From Schmidtea polychroa (taxonomy: Eukaryota), in NCBI GenBank assembly GCA_044892525.1, contig CM097885.1:16184001-16248000 (forward strand): a stretch of DNA of 64,000 nucleotides. Direction: 5' to 3'. Made by a program: the position numbers and the translations under genes. Shown here piece after piece: positions 38,666-52,375 of the stretch. The notes beneath the pieces were generated by a model. The model made no database searches, had not been told where the DNA came from, and saw only the letters and a program-made list of their open reading frames with translations. Position 1 is the stretch's first letter. Every line of letters starts with the position of its first letter.

Positions 38666-41600
38666 ATATATTGTGAAATTGGTGGTTGGAATTTGAGATC
38701 AATCGGCATATTATTTTTCCTTAACCCTGCAGAGCGCGAGCTAAAAAAGTAATGATTGTTGTAAAGACTGTTGTCTAAAATTATAATGATTTAATAATGT
38801 ATTAATGATTTTGGTCGAAATTAAAGTAAAGCTGAAATGAATCAGGTACAGAATGTTCTGAATTGATGCTACGCCTCAAAAAATGTTTTACGCAAAATAG
38901 ATCGTCTGGGTCTGTGAGACCCAACGCGCCCTCTGGAGGGTTAAATACATCAAGTAAAAAAGGGTCTCACCTGTACTTGGGTTTACTGCATTTCTGTAGG
39001 CAAATAGACACGGCTTTATGAAGTCGTTCCAATCTTTCTGTTTCCGGTTCACATATGATGAGATCATATTTATCAGTGTCCCATTAAATCGTTCCACTAA
39101 TCCATCAGTTTGTGGATGGTATGGTGACGTATTCAATTTCCAAATTCCAAATAGGTCTGTGATTGATTTGAACATCTCGCTTTGAAAGTTCTTTCCTTGA
39201 TCAGTTAACAATTTCTTTGGAGTGTCATAGCGAAATATTATGTTTTCCACAAATATTCTAGCAATCGTGTCTGCTTTTGGTTTGGAATAGCGTATGCTTC
39301 TGGCCATTTAGTAAAATAGTCGCAAAAAACAACAATGTATTTGTTTCCTTTTTGTTGTTTCCTGTAATGGTCCCAGAATATCCATTGCCGTCATCTACAT
39401 CGGTGCTGCGGGTACTGGCATCGGTTTTAATGGTACTTTAATCTTTTTACCAGTATTTCTGTGGGTGATGCATACTTTGCAACTGTTACACCAATTTTTC
39501 CTGTCTTGTTCCATTGTTGGCCAAAAGTATTTCAATTTTAATCTTGATAGCGTCTTGCGCATTGACAAATGACCTCCCAACGCTCCTTCATGATACTGCA
39601 TCAGTAAAGCGTCTCTGTGCTTGGCTGGTATAATAATTAATGCTTCCCCATTTTTCCAACATTTAAGTATTCCATTATGAATTACATATTTGCTGTTTGC
39701 ATCTGTGAGTCGTTTCCAGTCTTGTTCTTTTCTTATTTTGACCGCTTGTTCCATAAATTGTTTTAATTCACTATCGTTTTCCTGATCATTTTGAAGTTCA
39801 GACATATCATTAACAGCTTTGATTGCAGCGAATATAATGCCTTCCAATTTTTCAGGTGTCCCTTCACTATCATTTTCTGGGATTCTTGACATTGCATCTG
39901 CATTCGCGTTAGCTTTACCTGCCCGATATTTAATCTCAAAGTCGTATTCTAGCAGGGCAATCGACCATCGTATTAACTTCCTGGCTGAATCTCTGTGTTT
40001 CATTAACCACTGTAATGGATTATGATCTGTATAAACAGTTAATTTTCTGCCCAATTAATATTGTCTAAAAGTAGTAATTCCATATACTAACGCTAACGTT
40101 TCCTTTTCAATAGTTGAGTAGTTTTTCTCGTGAGGTCTCAATGATCTGCTTGCATATGCTATTACGTGGTCCTTTTCACCTTCAAAGTTTTGTCCCAACA
40201 CCGCACCCAATGCAACGTTGCTTGCATCCGTCATCAAGATAAATTGTTTTGTAAAATCTGGACATCTTAATATAGGAGTTGTTACTAATTTCTTTTTTAA
40301 TGTATTGAAAGCGTTTTGTTGCATTTGTCCCCAAATAAATTTATTGTTTTTCTTTAGTAACGTATTCAATGGTTGTGCGATATGAGAGAAATCTTTTATA
40401 AATTTTTTGTAATAGCTAGCCAAACCTAAAAATTGCCTAACCTCATCAGCATCTTTTGTTACTGGGTACTCTTCCATTTTTTTGATGTTATCTGGATTAG
40501 TTTGTAACCCTCGCCGTGATATTATATATGTCCGACATAAATCACTTCTGCTTTGCCCCATTCACATTTCGATGGTTTGATTTTTAATTTTGCACTTTTG
40601 AGCCGTTTAAATACAGTTTCTACATCTTTCAGGTGTTCTTCAAAATCATTTGAAAATATTATTATATCGTCGATATACACCAATGCATGTCGAATACCTC
40701 GTAACACATAATTCATTCCTCGTTGGAATGTAGCTGGGGCTCCTGTTAATCCAAATGGTAACACATTGAACTCATATAGTCCTTTGCCATCCGTAAACGC
40801 CGTCTTCCCTCTATCTTCCTCTTTTACTCTAAATTGATTGTACCCTTTGTTTAAATCAATAACTGTGAAATATCGTGCCTCTCCCATTTGATCGAACATT
40901 TCTTGGGATACCGGAATTGGATAAGTGTCTTTCCTCGTAACTTGATTTAGCTTCCGATAATCTACGCAAAATCGTAAGTCTCCATCTTTTTTCTTAACTA
41001 TCACTATTGATGAGGAGAATGGTGACGCACTATCTCGAATTATTCCAAATTCCTTCATTGCTGTAATCTGTCTATCACTTTCATCTTGATGAACGTAGGG
41101 GATTCTGTATGGCTTTATTTTTATTGGAGTTTCGTCTAATAACGGTATTTCATGCTTAATTACATTGGTTAAACCCAAATCATATTCGTGTTTGGCAAAG
41201 ATATCTCGGTATTTTCTCAACAGTTTTGTGAATTCCTTTTTCTGTATCTCATTTAAATCATTGCTTACCACTTCAGGCTCCTTATACACCTTGACGTTTC
41301 TTGGTATTTTACAATTTGTTTCAATAGACATTTTTGATAATTTTCCCAATTTTGTTTTTGGTGTAACTGAACCGGTTTCTTACTGCTGTTCGTTATATGG
41401 GCTGGTACTATCTGATTTTCCACTTTGACAATTTCTTCACATATCGGTAGATCATATTTTTCGACTAGCGTTTGATTTGGTTCGAATATAAAATCACCAT
41501 TATCCACACTCATGGTATTTGCACAATATACCATGTCCGATTGTGGTGGTATTGTCAATGTCTGATTCACAAACACCTCACCTGTGAATTATTTCTCCTG

Positions 41601-41925
41601 TTTCTCCTGCTATCAAATTACCTGTCTTTAAATCAAGTGAGACTCCGTCCAGCTGCTCTAATATATCCATGCCGATCAGACATCGTACTGGACTTCCTTT
41701 CATTATGAGCGCATCGTGCGCTATTATTCGATCTCCAATATGGAATATGACGTTAAGTTGTCCAATTATGTTTAACTCATTTTTTGATAATGACCTCACG
41801 ATTTCGTCGGTAGGCTTTATTCGCATTTTCTCCTTCGCGTTTAATACATTTTCCGATATTATTGTGTGACTAGATCCCGAATCGACTAAAGCTTCCACTT
41901 TATGTTTGTTCATTTGTATAAATAT
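38666..41925 (-). pseudogene. pol of element D (protease, RT, RNase H, integrase core)
   Basis: ALVDSGS; LRFCVDYRKLN, LPFGLTGAPATFQR, YIDDII; TDAS, YASRSL, NYSTIEKE, YTDH; HHCC, TDQGKNF, YHPQTDGLVERFN; several stops and frameshifts. Confidence 0.95.
38725..38940. mobile_element. piggyBac-type MITE (216 bp) inside the Gypsy integrase
   Basis: TTAA TSD on both sides, CCCT(G/C)CAGAG termini; removal restores FYLMYL-RKNNMPIDLKF. Confidence 0.9.
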
Positions 41926-43240
41926 TCAGGGTTGCTTTCCTCTTTTTGTTAATGTCATCATTGAGTAGTTGCATGGTAAGCCTAACATATTTTTTCTCTC
42001 GATCTCTGCGCTAGAAGGCTCGATTCTCTCTTCTACCATTCTTTCACATTGTAATGCGATATTTTCCACTGGTTTCATCTCTCGTAACCGATCAACTGGA
42101 TACACTGGTGCTGGTTGCATAAATGATTTTGGTATACACAATTTTGTAAACGTGTCTACGCTACTCGCATTCAACAGTGGTTCTTTTAAGATTTGATAGG
42201 TTCTTAACGCTTCTTTATTCATTCCACTTAGTTCTTGATTGTCAACATATAACGGTGCACTATCACCTTCGTTGTCATTGTCATTATTCTCGTCCCTTGA
42301 AGGGGTAGTAATAGCGTAGCTCACCTTTTTCTTCTTTAATATTCGCGCCTTGAGTATCTTCAATTCCTGATATTGATGATGAGTAATGAAGAATCTAGCC
42401 AATAATGGTATGCAACCAATTACTAGTTTCCACGACCAACCTGTGATCGCGTATAGCCTGTGTGTTGACAGGACCTGCGATATTATTACTTTGATTACAA
42501 CACATATTACATAAATTCCAATCAATCCGGCACACGCTTGTCCGATGAACATAAACTTTCGCCAGATCTTTTTCATTGTATTATACGTTGCTTTCTTGTA
42601 ATGATCTGGAGTTAACAAATACTCGTAATTTACCTTCCCACTTCCGCTTGGGAGAATTGTATCTACCATTTCCATTATTACTCTTTATTTCTTTGATAGA
42701 AATAGCAAGTTTCTGCGAGCTTCCTCAATGTCTTCGCTCGAGTAAATTCCACTTTGCGACAATCTTTCTAACGACGTAAAATTTACCAGATATTGTAATT
42801 CTGTCAATTCTAAGTTTTCCGGTGTCTTTACTTCTCGATGATCTGGTAATGAGATCCAAGATTCTGGTGTTAGTCTGTATAATGGTGCCAACAATCTATT
42901 ACACTGTAATACTTTCGGTTTCACGTCCTCTTCCAGTAAGATTCGTGTTACAGGCTCCATAAATCGCAACTTTCCATTTAAATTTACTGGTAACTCGTTG
43001 GTACATTGGTCGTACTTTGTCAGTTTGACTGGTACCGCTTTACATTTATAGCTATATAGTGCTTCACCGAAAATTCTGGCAAACACCCCATTTTCTGTAA
43101 TTAACATTGGTGCTACTAAGTTAGGATTGGTTATAGCCATTGCCATCCGATTTCGGAGTATTTCTTTGTTGAGATTGCAATCATTTATAATAACTTCTCG
43201 GTACACATTTTCAACGGTATTTTGACCAAAGTGAAATGGC
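41926..43240 (-). pseudogene. C-terminal half of a chuvirus-like (class III-type) envelope glycoprotein, in frame between gag and protease
   Basis: GEALYSYKC..VPV, CTNELPV, FMEPVTRIL, GIYSSEDIE..R..LLF, and WRKFMFIGQACAGLIGIYVI TM; same frame as gag and protease. Confidence 0.7.
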
Positions 43241-43713
43241 TTGGCCATATCTGCTTGGACTGGTTTGACTTCAAAGGCTTTATCTGCTAAATTGGTCAGA
43301 TGATAAGCAAACTCACTGACCGATTCATCTGGACCTTGAACTCGATTATAAAACTTCTGTCGCATGATTCTTTTGATATCTCCACCAACCAGTTTCAGTG
43401 CCATTGCATCCTTCAATTTGGTCCAATCATTGCTGACATTCCGTTTGTCGACTTGCTGTCAGGCTTCTCTTGCCGCACCCTTCAGATAGAGTGGGAATCT
43501 CTGAACCATAATGGCTTGTGTCCATCCGTATGCTGAAGCATACATATAATAATCTCCCATGAAATCTGCAAATTCAACAAGGTCTCCTCCATATTGATTG
43601 ACGGGTAATTTCTGACAACTTGCGAAATCAATCATCTCTCTATTGAGAGGCATAACAGCATTATCATTTGCCATTTGGACTTGTTTCTGACTTCTGAGGT
43701 TGTATCGGTTCAC
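43241..43713 (-). pseudogene. gag N-terminal (capsid) region of element D
   Basis: RYNLRS, PLYLKGAAREA*, RVQGPDESVSEFAYHLTNLADKAF (retrotransposon gag motif). Confidence 0.8.
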
Positions 43714-43925
43714 TTTGAGCTAAACTTCAAACGTTGAACAATAATTTAAATTTACTTTTCAACTTCTTTTAAATCTCCCAATAATAGCCTTTAATAATCT
43801 CGTTAGCACTACTTTTCACAAATTTTCACTACTTTCAATGATTTTCAGCCGACTTTCAATCACGTCTGTAGTAATTTTCCAATATTTTACTTTTTCACTA
43901 ATTTTTAATACACCGCCGACTTTCT

Positions 43926-43943
43926 ATCACGTCGGGCTCACCA
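43926..43943 (-). promoter_or_regulatory. primer-binding site complementary to tRNA-Trp
   Basis: TGGTGAGCCCGACGTGAT versus the animal tRNA-Trp 3' end ATCACGTCGGGGTCACCA (one mismatch); 7 nt from the LTR. Confidence 0.85.
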
Positions 43944-43950
43944 GAATAAA

Positions 43951-44821
43951 TGTTGGGTTTTAGATTAATTCAAGTAGGTTCTCTCTGACTCCTAGTGTTC
44001 TTTAAATCAAAACAATGAACGACCCAACGTATATTGAAACAACAGGTTCACAATTTATTATCACCACTTTACAATTACTAATCGAAGTTTTACACGATTC
44101 TCCGCTCGGCGTTTATGCTTTGCAAACAAATAATATTCACCTTTTAGTCCTTTAGATTCTCTTGACTCACGTTTTCCTCGGTTTCTGTTTGGTTTGATTT
44201 CTTTTCACCTTTCCGTATACTTAATTCTATTTCTTCTTTTCCCTACTTTCCCAAATTCATTTACCAACTTTTCCTACGCTCTGATTCTTCGAACCCTAGC
44301 TAAGGCAAAATGCCGATTTTCTCTGATTTTCCCTTTGCTTATATACTCCTCGAAATCAGGATGACAAATGGTTATTGCCGAGCAAATCTTTCGTTTGACA
44401 TTTGCTCCTACGTATTTGCTTCGGCTGTCACCCATAATGGTCCAACGAATCCAGATAATTAATGGCCCTACCGGTCTTCCTACGCGCGCTATCTTCTCCT
44501 TACTCTTTTCCCATTAATCATTGTGTCAAGCTAATGGGCCCAAATCTTCATTCTGTTTGCTTTTCTTCTTGTTTACCCAGCTCGGGTTTCCTTTATCTCT
44601 CGGGTTCTCCATTGGCTCGGGTTTCCCATTAGCCAATTAATTAATTAATTAACGTTTTCTGTTTTCATACATTTGAATGTTTTTCGACCCTTCCTAACCA
44701 TTTTCTGATAAATCCCTAACCATCATCTTGTTGACCATTAGCTAATCTATACCTGTCCCGTTTTTCCCATTCGATTTCGATGATTTTTCCATTTATTGAT
44801 TTTTCTCGGATTTCCGGATTC
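43951..44821 (-). repeat. 5' LTR of element D, outer ~175 bp missing
   Basis: Colinear with 12125-13008, with scattered substitutions and two small indels. Confidence 0.92.
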
Positions 44822-45099
44822 CACCAGAATCCACCAGAAAACAAAACACAAACATAAACGAAAACACAACCAATTCACAAAAACATAACATTTAACACCA
44901 AAACCTCAAGCAAACTATTTTGTTCATATAACTAATTTTATTTTAATAATACTTGTGATTTCGTTGTATTACTGTCTAGATTTTATTTTGTCTACTCATA
45001 ATCATAAAATCAATACACAACACGCACCCCGATTGTCCCGCCACATTTTTAACCGTGATTCTAACGGGCTCTCCAGATTTCCTTACACATACACACTCA

Positions 45100-47420
45100 C
45101 TAACACGAATATAATAACAAACATAGAATATAATGCACTGAAACCTTCATCTTTAATATAATAACTGGTATAATAATGGCTATAATAGGGATGATCATTG
45201 CCAACGGTAGACAACCCAAATACATTAGGTATTCATCATCATCTACTTGCCTACCATGGACCATTATCAGGTATATACCTGTAGTTTTATCGGTAGCAAT
45301 CACATCTCTCCTCAATATTCTGACTTTGATATAACAGTTATAAATCATTGTTAATGGTTCTTTTCCAACCATTCGCACATCCAGATTAATGTTGCCTTGT
45401 TTGTTGAGCTGACTTTGAAATGTTTTCTCATTTCTCCACATCAATGCTTCGATTTGCGTCTGAAATGGGCTTGTTTCTTTTACCACTGGTAGTATAAGTG
45501 GAATTATTGCTACAAACAAATCTACTGGTATTCATAATACTAACATCCAGTCTAGTATTTCCTTTATGGTTTCTACATCTCGTGGAGAATTTTGTAATTC
45601 TAAGCTTTGTCGCTGGGTTAATTGTTGAGTTTCCTCCAATCTCTCAATTTCCATCTAAGTGATCAAGAATATACTGTCTTGATATATTACCGCCACTGGC
45701 TTCGGTTCTCTCTTTGCTGTGAGCTTCGTCATTCTACCGAGGAGTATCCCGTTCTGTAGAAGTGTTTGGTTTGCTTCTAGTTTTATTCCACATAAGAACA
45801 AGTCATATCCTTGATGCTTAATACTTGTCAATGTCTCTGTTAATTTATCTGCTTGACATCTTACATTTATATCGAGAATTTTTTATCCTGGGGGAGTTTT
45901 ATATTGAGCTGAGAAATTTGGAGATCTCACGCATGCTCCATTATTTCTCCTAATTTCCTTAGGATTTTATATGTGTCGTTATGATACATTGGATCATCTT
46001 CAATCTGCGATATCAGCTTCACTAATGTATCAATTTCATGAATTTTAATTTCTGTTTCTCCCAATTTTTTCAATTGTTTGGCTTACTTCTACTGGTATCA
46101 TATCTGGAATCCACCAGTTTTAAACATTTTGTTAGGGTATCTGGCCGTTCTTTTACCTTTCCTTTCCATGGCAAAGTTATGTCAAACTCTCTTAGTATGC
46201 TGGCCTTACTAGGTTCATTATCGGAATTATCCTCTGATTCCGTTTCCTCAAGGTCCTCTCTAACGGAGTCTTTTTTTCTAAGAGATTTTACTTTGTCCCT
46301 TCCAACTTCTATCATAAAGATGGTACTTTCCTTGTCTGTCAAAATCTAGAAACATATTCTTTTCTTCGATTTCCATTTACAGTTGTTGCAAATAAATTGA
46401 CCCCTAATACTGGTTAACCATAAATGTCGTCTTGGGCTTTTTCACATTACCCCTATCTGTATTTTTATTGAAATGGCTTGTGTTACCACTCTGATTATGA
46501 GGACATGACCTCATCATATGTCCAAATTTCTCGCATCCGTGACATTTATTTTTCCTGATGAATTTACATCATCCCGTTTAATCGTACCAAAATGGTTGAT
46601 GTTCTGAGGAATTCATGTCCTTGTTGAGCTGACTTCGAATTGTTTTCTCATTTCTCCTCATCAATGCTTCGATTTTCGTCTGAAATGGGCTTGTTTCTTT
46701 TACCACTGGTAGTATAAGTGGACTTATTGCTACCAACAAATCTACTGGTATTTGTAATACTAACATCCAGTCTAGTATTTCCTTTATGGTTTCTACATCT
46801 CGTGGAGAATTTTGTAATTCTAAGCTTTGTCGCTGGGTTAATTGTTGAGTTTCCTCCAATCTCTCAATTTCCATCTAAATGATCAAGAATATACTGTCTT
46901 GATATATTACCGCCACTGGCTTCGGTGCTCTCTTTGCTGTGAGTTTCGTCACTCTACCGAGGAGTATCCCGTTCTGTAGAAGTGTTTGGTTTGCTTATAG
47001 TTTTATTCCACATAAGAACAAGTCATATCCTTGATGCTTATTACTTGTCAATGTATCTGGTAATTTATCTGCTCGACATCTTACATTATCCTCTGATTCC
47101 GTTTCCTCAAGGTCCTCTCTAACGGAGTCCTATTTTCGAAGAGCTTTTACTTCGTCCCTTCCAACTTCTACCATAAAGATTATACTTTCCTGGGTGGTCA
47201 ATCTAGCCAACCTATTCTTTTCTTCTTGAATTTCCATTTACAGTTGTTGCCAACAATTCTTTTGGCTTTACCCATGTGATTTTTGAACCAAATGCTCTTT
47301 CAGCAATTAATGATAACTGGTGTGCAAATTCTCCCACATGTTCGTTGGCATTCTGTTACCGATGATAAAATTGTTGTCTAAAATTCTTCCTGCATCTCCG
47401 GGCAATATTCGACTAGTCAT
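45100..47420 (-). pseudogene. rearranged, internally duplicated retroelement (gag-like) debris
   Basis: QNANEHVGEFAHQL gag motif near 47330; 45400-45870 is repeated at 46620-47090, and 46230-46390 at 47085-47250. Confidence 0.55.
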
Positions 47421-47566
47421 TTTATGGTTGAATATCATTGTTATATGTTATCTGTAATATAATGCAAAATTAAAAATTGTAATCAGTAATATCTTCCTTC
47501 TCTCTCATAATTCTATTTAATTAAAGTAAAAATAAAGAAAATATTTTTCATATTTATTCATTAGAG

Positions 47567-47625
47567 CAGTGGTTTTCAACCCGGGAAGCGCGGCCTATGG
47601 CTAGGGGAGGCGCCAAAACTTTTGA
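47567..47625 (+). mobile_element. hAT-like transposon terminus (single end)
   Basis: CAGTGGTTTTCAACC start typical of Charlie-type hAT TIRs; no partner end found. Confidence 0.45.
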
Positions 47626-48009
47626 GTAAAAAAATGATTTTCATACTATAGTATCTACAAATAAATAAAACTTCATATTGTAACGAAACTGTAAAAATTC
47701 AGTAAATGAATACTTAATTTTATTTTTATTATATTTCTATACAGACATTTAATTCGTATATTAAAATTATCCGAAGAAAAAGATTTTAAAATTGGCGCCT
47801 TTGCAACGCTCTGTTGCGGTAATGCTCAAAACGCCCGCTAGTTGCAAGAAATAATAACCTCAAATTTATACGTCACTCGTCGCAAAAGTGTCAACTGAAG
47901 CGAATTGGCGGGTTGTGTTATTGTTATTATCGTGATTTCTTTCTGAAATAATTGTTTGTATATTCTCATATTTATATTTATTTATTATTTATTTTAAATT
48001 ATATCAATA

Positions 48010-50270
48010 AAATATTTTTGAGAATGCTTTTTGGTTTGGGTATTTGTGATTCTTTATCGATTGTTTTTATCTTGTTTTCGTTTTCATCTTATAAGTTTGG
48101 TAGGTTTGTATTGTGTCCAAAAACTGATTGACTAGGACTTTTATTGTTTAAGCATGAAGGATTGTTTTGTAATCCTATTAGTATTTCTGGCAATTTTTCT
48201 AACCAGTTTTTGATATTGTTCGTTTTTGTTCTGATAGCTTGTTTTATTGATCGGTTTAATCTCTCCACCTTTCCATTTGATTGTGGAATGTATGCTGTTA
48301 TTCTGAATTTGTTGATGTCATATTTGTTGCAAAGTCTTTTGAAAATGTCGGATTCGAACTGTCTACCCTGATCGCTGATTATTGTCTTTGGGCAGCCATA
48401 CCGTGCGAACCAGTTTAGTTCTAATTCACTGCATATTTTTGCTGATGATATTTCCTTTATGGGTATGGCTTCGAACCAATTTTTTTCGGTCTTTTATAGT
48501 TAATAAATGCTTGTGTTTATTATTTGGAGGTAGAGGATCGACTATGTAGATATGTATCGTCTCGAACGGTTCAGAACTTGGGAATTCTACAATTGTTGTT
48601 TTGAATTGTTTTGTTGTTATTTTATTCTTTTGACACGGTGGGCAATTTTAAACGAACGTTTTTACGTCCTTTATCATATAAAGCCAAACAACTTTGGTAT
48701 GCAGAAGTTCGTATGTGGCTTTGTTTCCCGGGTGGTAGATGTTGTAATATTTCTGGAGGTATTGATCGCGCAGTTCTGCTGGTACTATAATCCTTTTGTT
48801 GTTGTCGTTTGAAGTGTCGTACCATATGTCGTCTATTTCTTCCAATTGGAGTGGATTCAACTTAGGCATTTCGATTAGTGTTTCTTTTTGTTTAGTTTTT
48901 AAATTTTCTAACTCTATGATGGATGGTATGTTAAGTGCATTGATGTCGGTTTTTATTCTTGATAAATTTTGGGATTGTTAAATCTGTAAATGATGTCATT
49001 TATTATTGGAATTGGGTATTTGTCGGCTGCTGTGATATTTTTTAGTGCTCTGTAGTCTCCACAGGCTCGCCATTCGCCATTTGCCTTTTCTTTAAGCATG
49101 ATAGCTGATGACCAGTTTAGAGTTTGAGTGTTTGACGATTTGGTTTTCAAGTAGTTCGTCGAATATTTTCTTAGTTATTTCGAGATTATATTTGTCTAAT
49201 TGTCTGACTTTTGCATGGACTGGGTTTTCGTTGCTAATTATTATATGTTCGGTTATGCATTTTGTGTTATTGTTTGCCTATAGTTTATTAGTTATATTTG
49301 GTACATTTTGTATCAGTTTTGCGATTTCATTAGGTATATGCCAGTTTGTTTCTGTTTTAATTGTTTTTGTTTCACCGTGTTGGGCTGTTATTACTCCGAT
49401 GTCACAATTGATTTGTTTCTTGGATTGTTTATTTTTGTTGTATATGTTGTTTGAATTGTTTGGTAAGAACTTTCCATTCTTGCAGTCGACTAGTAGATCG
49501 AAGTTTGAGAGGAAATATGCTCCTTAAATGGCTTGTTTGACTTCAGCGATAGTGAATTGCCAATTGTGTTGTGTGTTGTTCATGGTGATTTTAATGTTTT
49601 GTTTCCCGAACGTTTTGATTGGGCTGCCCTTTGCTGCACACAAATTCGTGGTTTCTGTTTTTGTATTTTTATGTAAGTAATTCGGTATTAATGAAATTAT
49701 TGAACCTGAATCAACAAGAAAATTAAGGCCATTGCTATGCTCCGTGAATGTTTGGCTGTCACCAATTGTCGGTGCTATCATTGGTGACTTTATATGTTTC
49801 CCGACTCTTCTTTGTCGAAGGAGCAAGGTTTGTTGTATTTATTAGGCTTAATTTTAAATTTATTGTGGTAGTAACAATAGTTTTGGTTTGTGCGTTAATT
49901 TGTGTTAATTTGGCGAATTCTAGCCATTTTTGTGGGGTCCCGTTTTCGTCTGAAAAAAAGTTTGGGATGTTTGCCTTAGGGTTAAGTATTGTGTTTACCG
50001 CGGATGAATTGTCGGGGTTGTAGTAATAATTGCTGCTTTCTTGAGTTGTGTGTGTGTGTGTGTTTGCTGTGTGTGAATTAGGGTTGTAATGATAGTTTAT
50101 GTTTTCTGGTGTATGAGTGTTTTCGTAAATGTTGGGTATCTATGTAGTATTTATCGGTTTTGTTTGATTGGTTACCATTTATTGTTTTGTTGTTGTATTT
50201 AAAAATTATAATTGTTTATCTGAAGGGTATGGCCTACTGTGTTCGGCCAACAGTGTCACTAGCCATTATA
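48010..50270 (-). pseudogene. deleted Gypsy element (protease, RT start, integrase), A/C-rich family
   Basis: FLVDSGS, GEWRACGDYRALK...DKYPIP, SDQGRQFES, PQSNGKVERLNRSIK. Confidence 0.88.
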
Positions 50271-50375
50271 GTTCTATAATAACTATACTCAAAGGTTTCG
50301 TGATTGAAAGAACAAATGCCGAATGCGTGTGTGTTATTGTTGTTTTATCTTCTGACACCAATTATGTTGTGATTT

Positions 50376-51330
50376 AATATATATAATAAATAATATAATA
50401 ATATAATATATAATAAATAATAATATAATATAATATATAATAAAATATATAATATATAATAAAATAATATAAGAAATATCAAATATCTTAATATCATTTA
50501 AAATGTAATTAAAAAGTTAAAATTATAAATATTTTTTTTTATATATTTCTTATATTATTTTAATTGTGTTATTTAAATTTTAACATTTTTTTAATTTAAA
50601 TTTTAAAATAAATTAAAATATAATGTAAGAAATATATAAATAAATTAAATTTCAAAGACATTTGTTTAAAAAAATTTAAAAAATTTAAATTTTATTTTTT
50701 AATTAAATTTTAAATAATATTTAGATTTTAGATATTTCCTTTATTAATTTATTTTATTTTATAATTTAAATTTTTAAAAGTTATAAAATTTTTTTAAAAT
50801 ACAATTTTTTTAAAATTTAAATTACAAAATAACATAAGAAATATCTAATTAAATTACAAAATAAAAAAAAATATAAGAAATATTAAAATTTTAATATCAT
50901 TTAAAATGTAATTAAAAAATTAAAATTATAAAATTATTTTTAGATATTTCTTACAATATTATTTCTTATATTATTATTTAAATTTTAAGAATTTTTTTTA
51001 ATTTAAATTATAAAATAAATTAAAAAATAATGTAAGAAATTATTTTAGAAATATTTCAAAGACATTTATTTAAAAAAAACTTTTTAAAATTTAAATTACA
51101 AAATAAAATAAAAAATAATATAAGAAATATCTAAAATTTTAATATCATTTAAAATGTAATTAAAAAATTAAAATTATAAAAAAATTTTTTTAAATATTTG
51201 TCATATTATTCGAAATTTTAACAATTGTTAAATTTAAATTACAAATAATAAAAATATTTAATTTAAATATGTAATTTAAAAATTAAAATTATAATTAATC
51301 AATTAATATAAAATACAAAATAAATTAAGT
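50376..51330. repeat. extremely AT-rich degenerate satellite
   Basis: Recurring TAAGAAATATC and AATATCATTTAAAATGTAATTAAAAA blocks. Confidence 0.8.
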
Positions 51331-52312
51331 TTTTCCCTATAGTTCCAAAATTTATAGATAATGATCAAATTCACATGAAAAAGGTGGTGCTGAAAATTCG
51401 TGAATATCAAAAAAACATTGATATATATACTGATTCATAGTCAAGCCTTTCTAATAAATACAATATTACTTTTAAAAACTTGTTTTATATAGAATTTATT
51501 TTAATTTATTTTTAAAATATTATTTGATATAAAATAATAGTTTTTTGAATTTGCGGTGAAATATCGATTTGTCTGTAATCTACGAAATTGGAATCGATTG
51601 GCACTAATTTTGATCAAACATAAAAACATATTATATGCCTATACATCACATATACACAATATATAGTCAAGAAATTGAAATTGACAAGGCTTATCGTATG
51701 GTCGAAAATGTTTTCATTTGTATTAAATATATTATTCGCAGCAAAAGGCTTTAATTATCATTTATCATTAAAGTATCACTTTATACTATATAGTCAAGAA
51801 ATGCAAGTATCGATATACCAATGTGTTGGATTCAAATATTACGTTTCTTGATCCATCATAGAGAAAAAGACAATTTACGTGAAAATATCCCACTTAAACA
51901 AGCCATAAATTGATATTAAGAATAATAAATTTAAAAAATAAATATTCATGACAGTTACGAATAAGACCAAATATATAAATTGTTTATATAAATTTAATTA
52001 AAAAACAAATCTGCTTTCTCTCATTTAATAAAACAACAGCACTGATCAATAAAATTGTATCAATTCTTTTTAACAACAAGTTAGACACTAATTTTCGTTT
52101 AATAATGCTTGAATTTCTTGAGCATTTGCAAATGTTTATTAAATTCTGCTCTTCACCAATTATCACCATATATGTCAAGCTCGGAGATTTTGTTTACTAA
52201 TTAAATTGATTAGTGTATTTCAGTTAATTAATTAGTCTGTATTTCTTTAGTAACATTGCCTAGATTTACCTCATTGATTAAAAACCATTGTATTTGTGTT
52301 CATCTTTTCACT

Positions 52313-52375
52313 CAGTGGCGTAGCTAGGGTATGTGCCGCCCGGGGCGATGCTTAAAATTGCCGCCCCCTCCCCCC
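52313..52375 (+). mobile_element. hAT-like transposon terminus (single end)
   Basis: CAGTGGCGTAGCTAGG...GCCGCCCGGGGC...GCCGCCCC. Confidence 0.45.

Noticed and set aside
38888..38944. C-terminus TLQRARWVSQTQTIYFA of the integrase ORF
   Set aside because: Derived from the piggyBac MITE
47800..47845. Second Helitron 3' end (…CCGCTAGT)
   Set aside because: Hairpin spacing is unconvincing and there is no supporting 5' end
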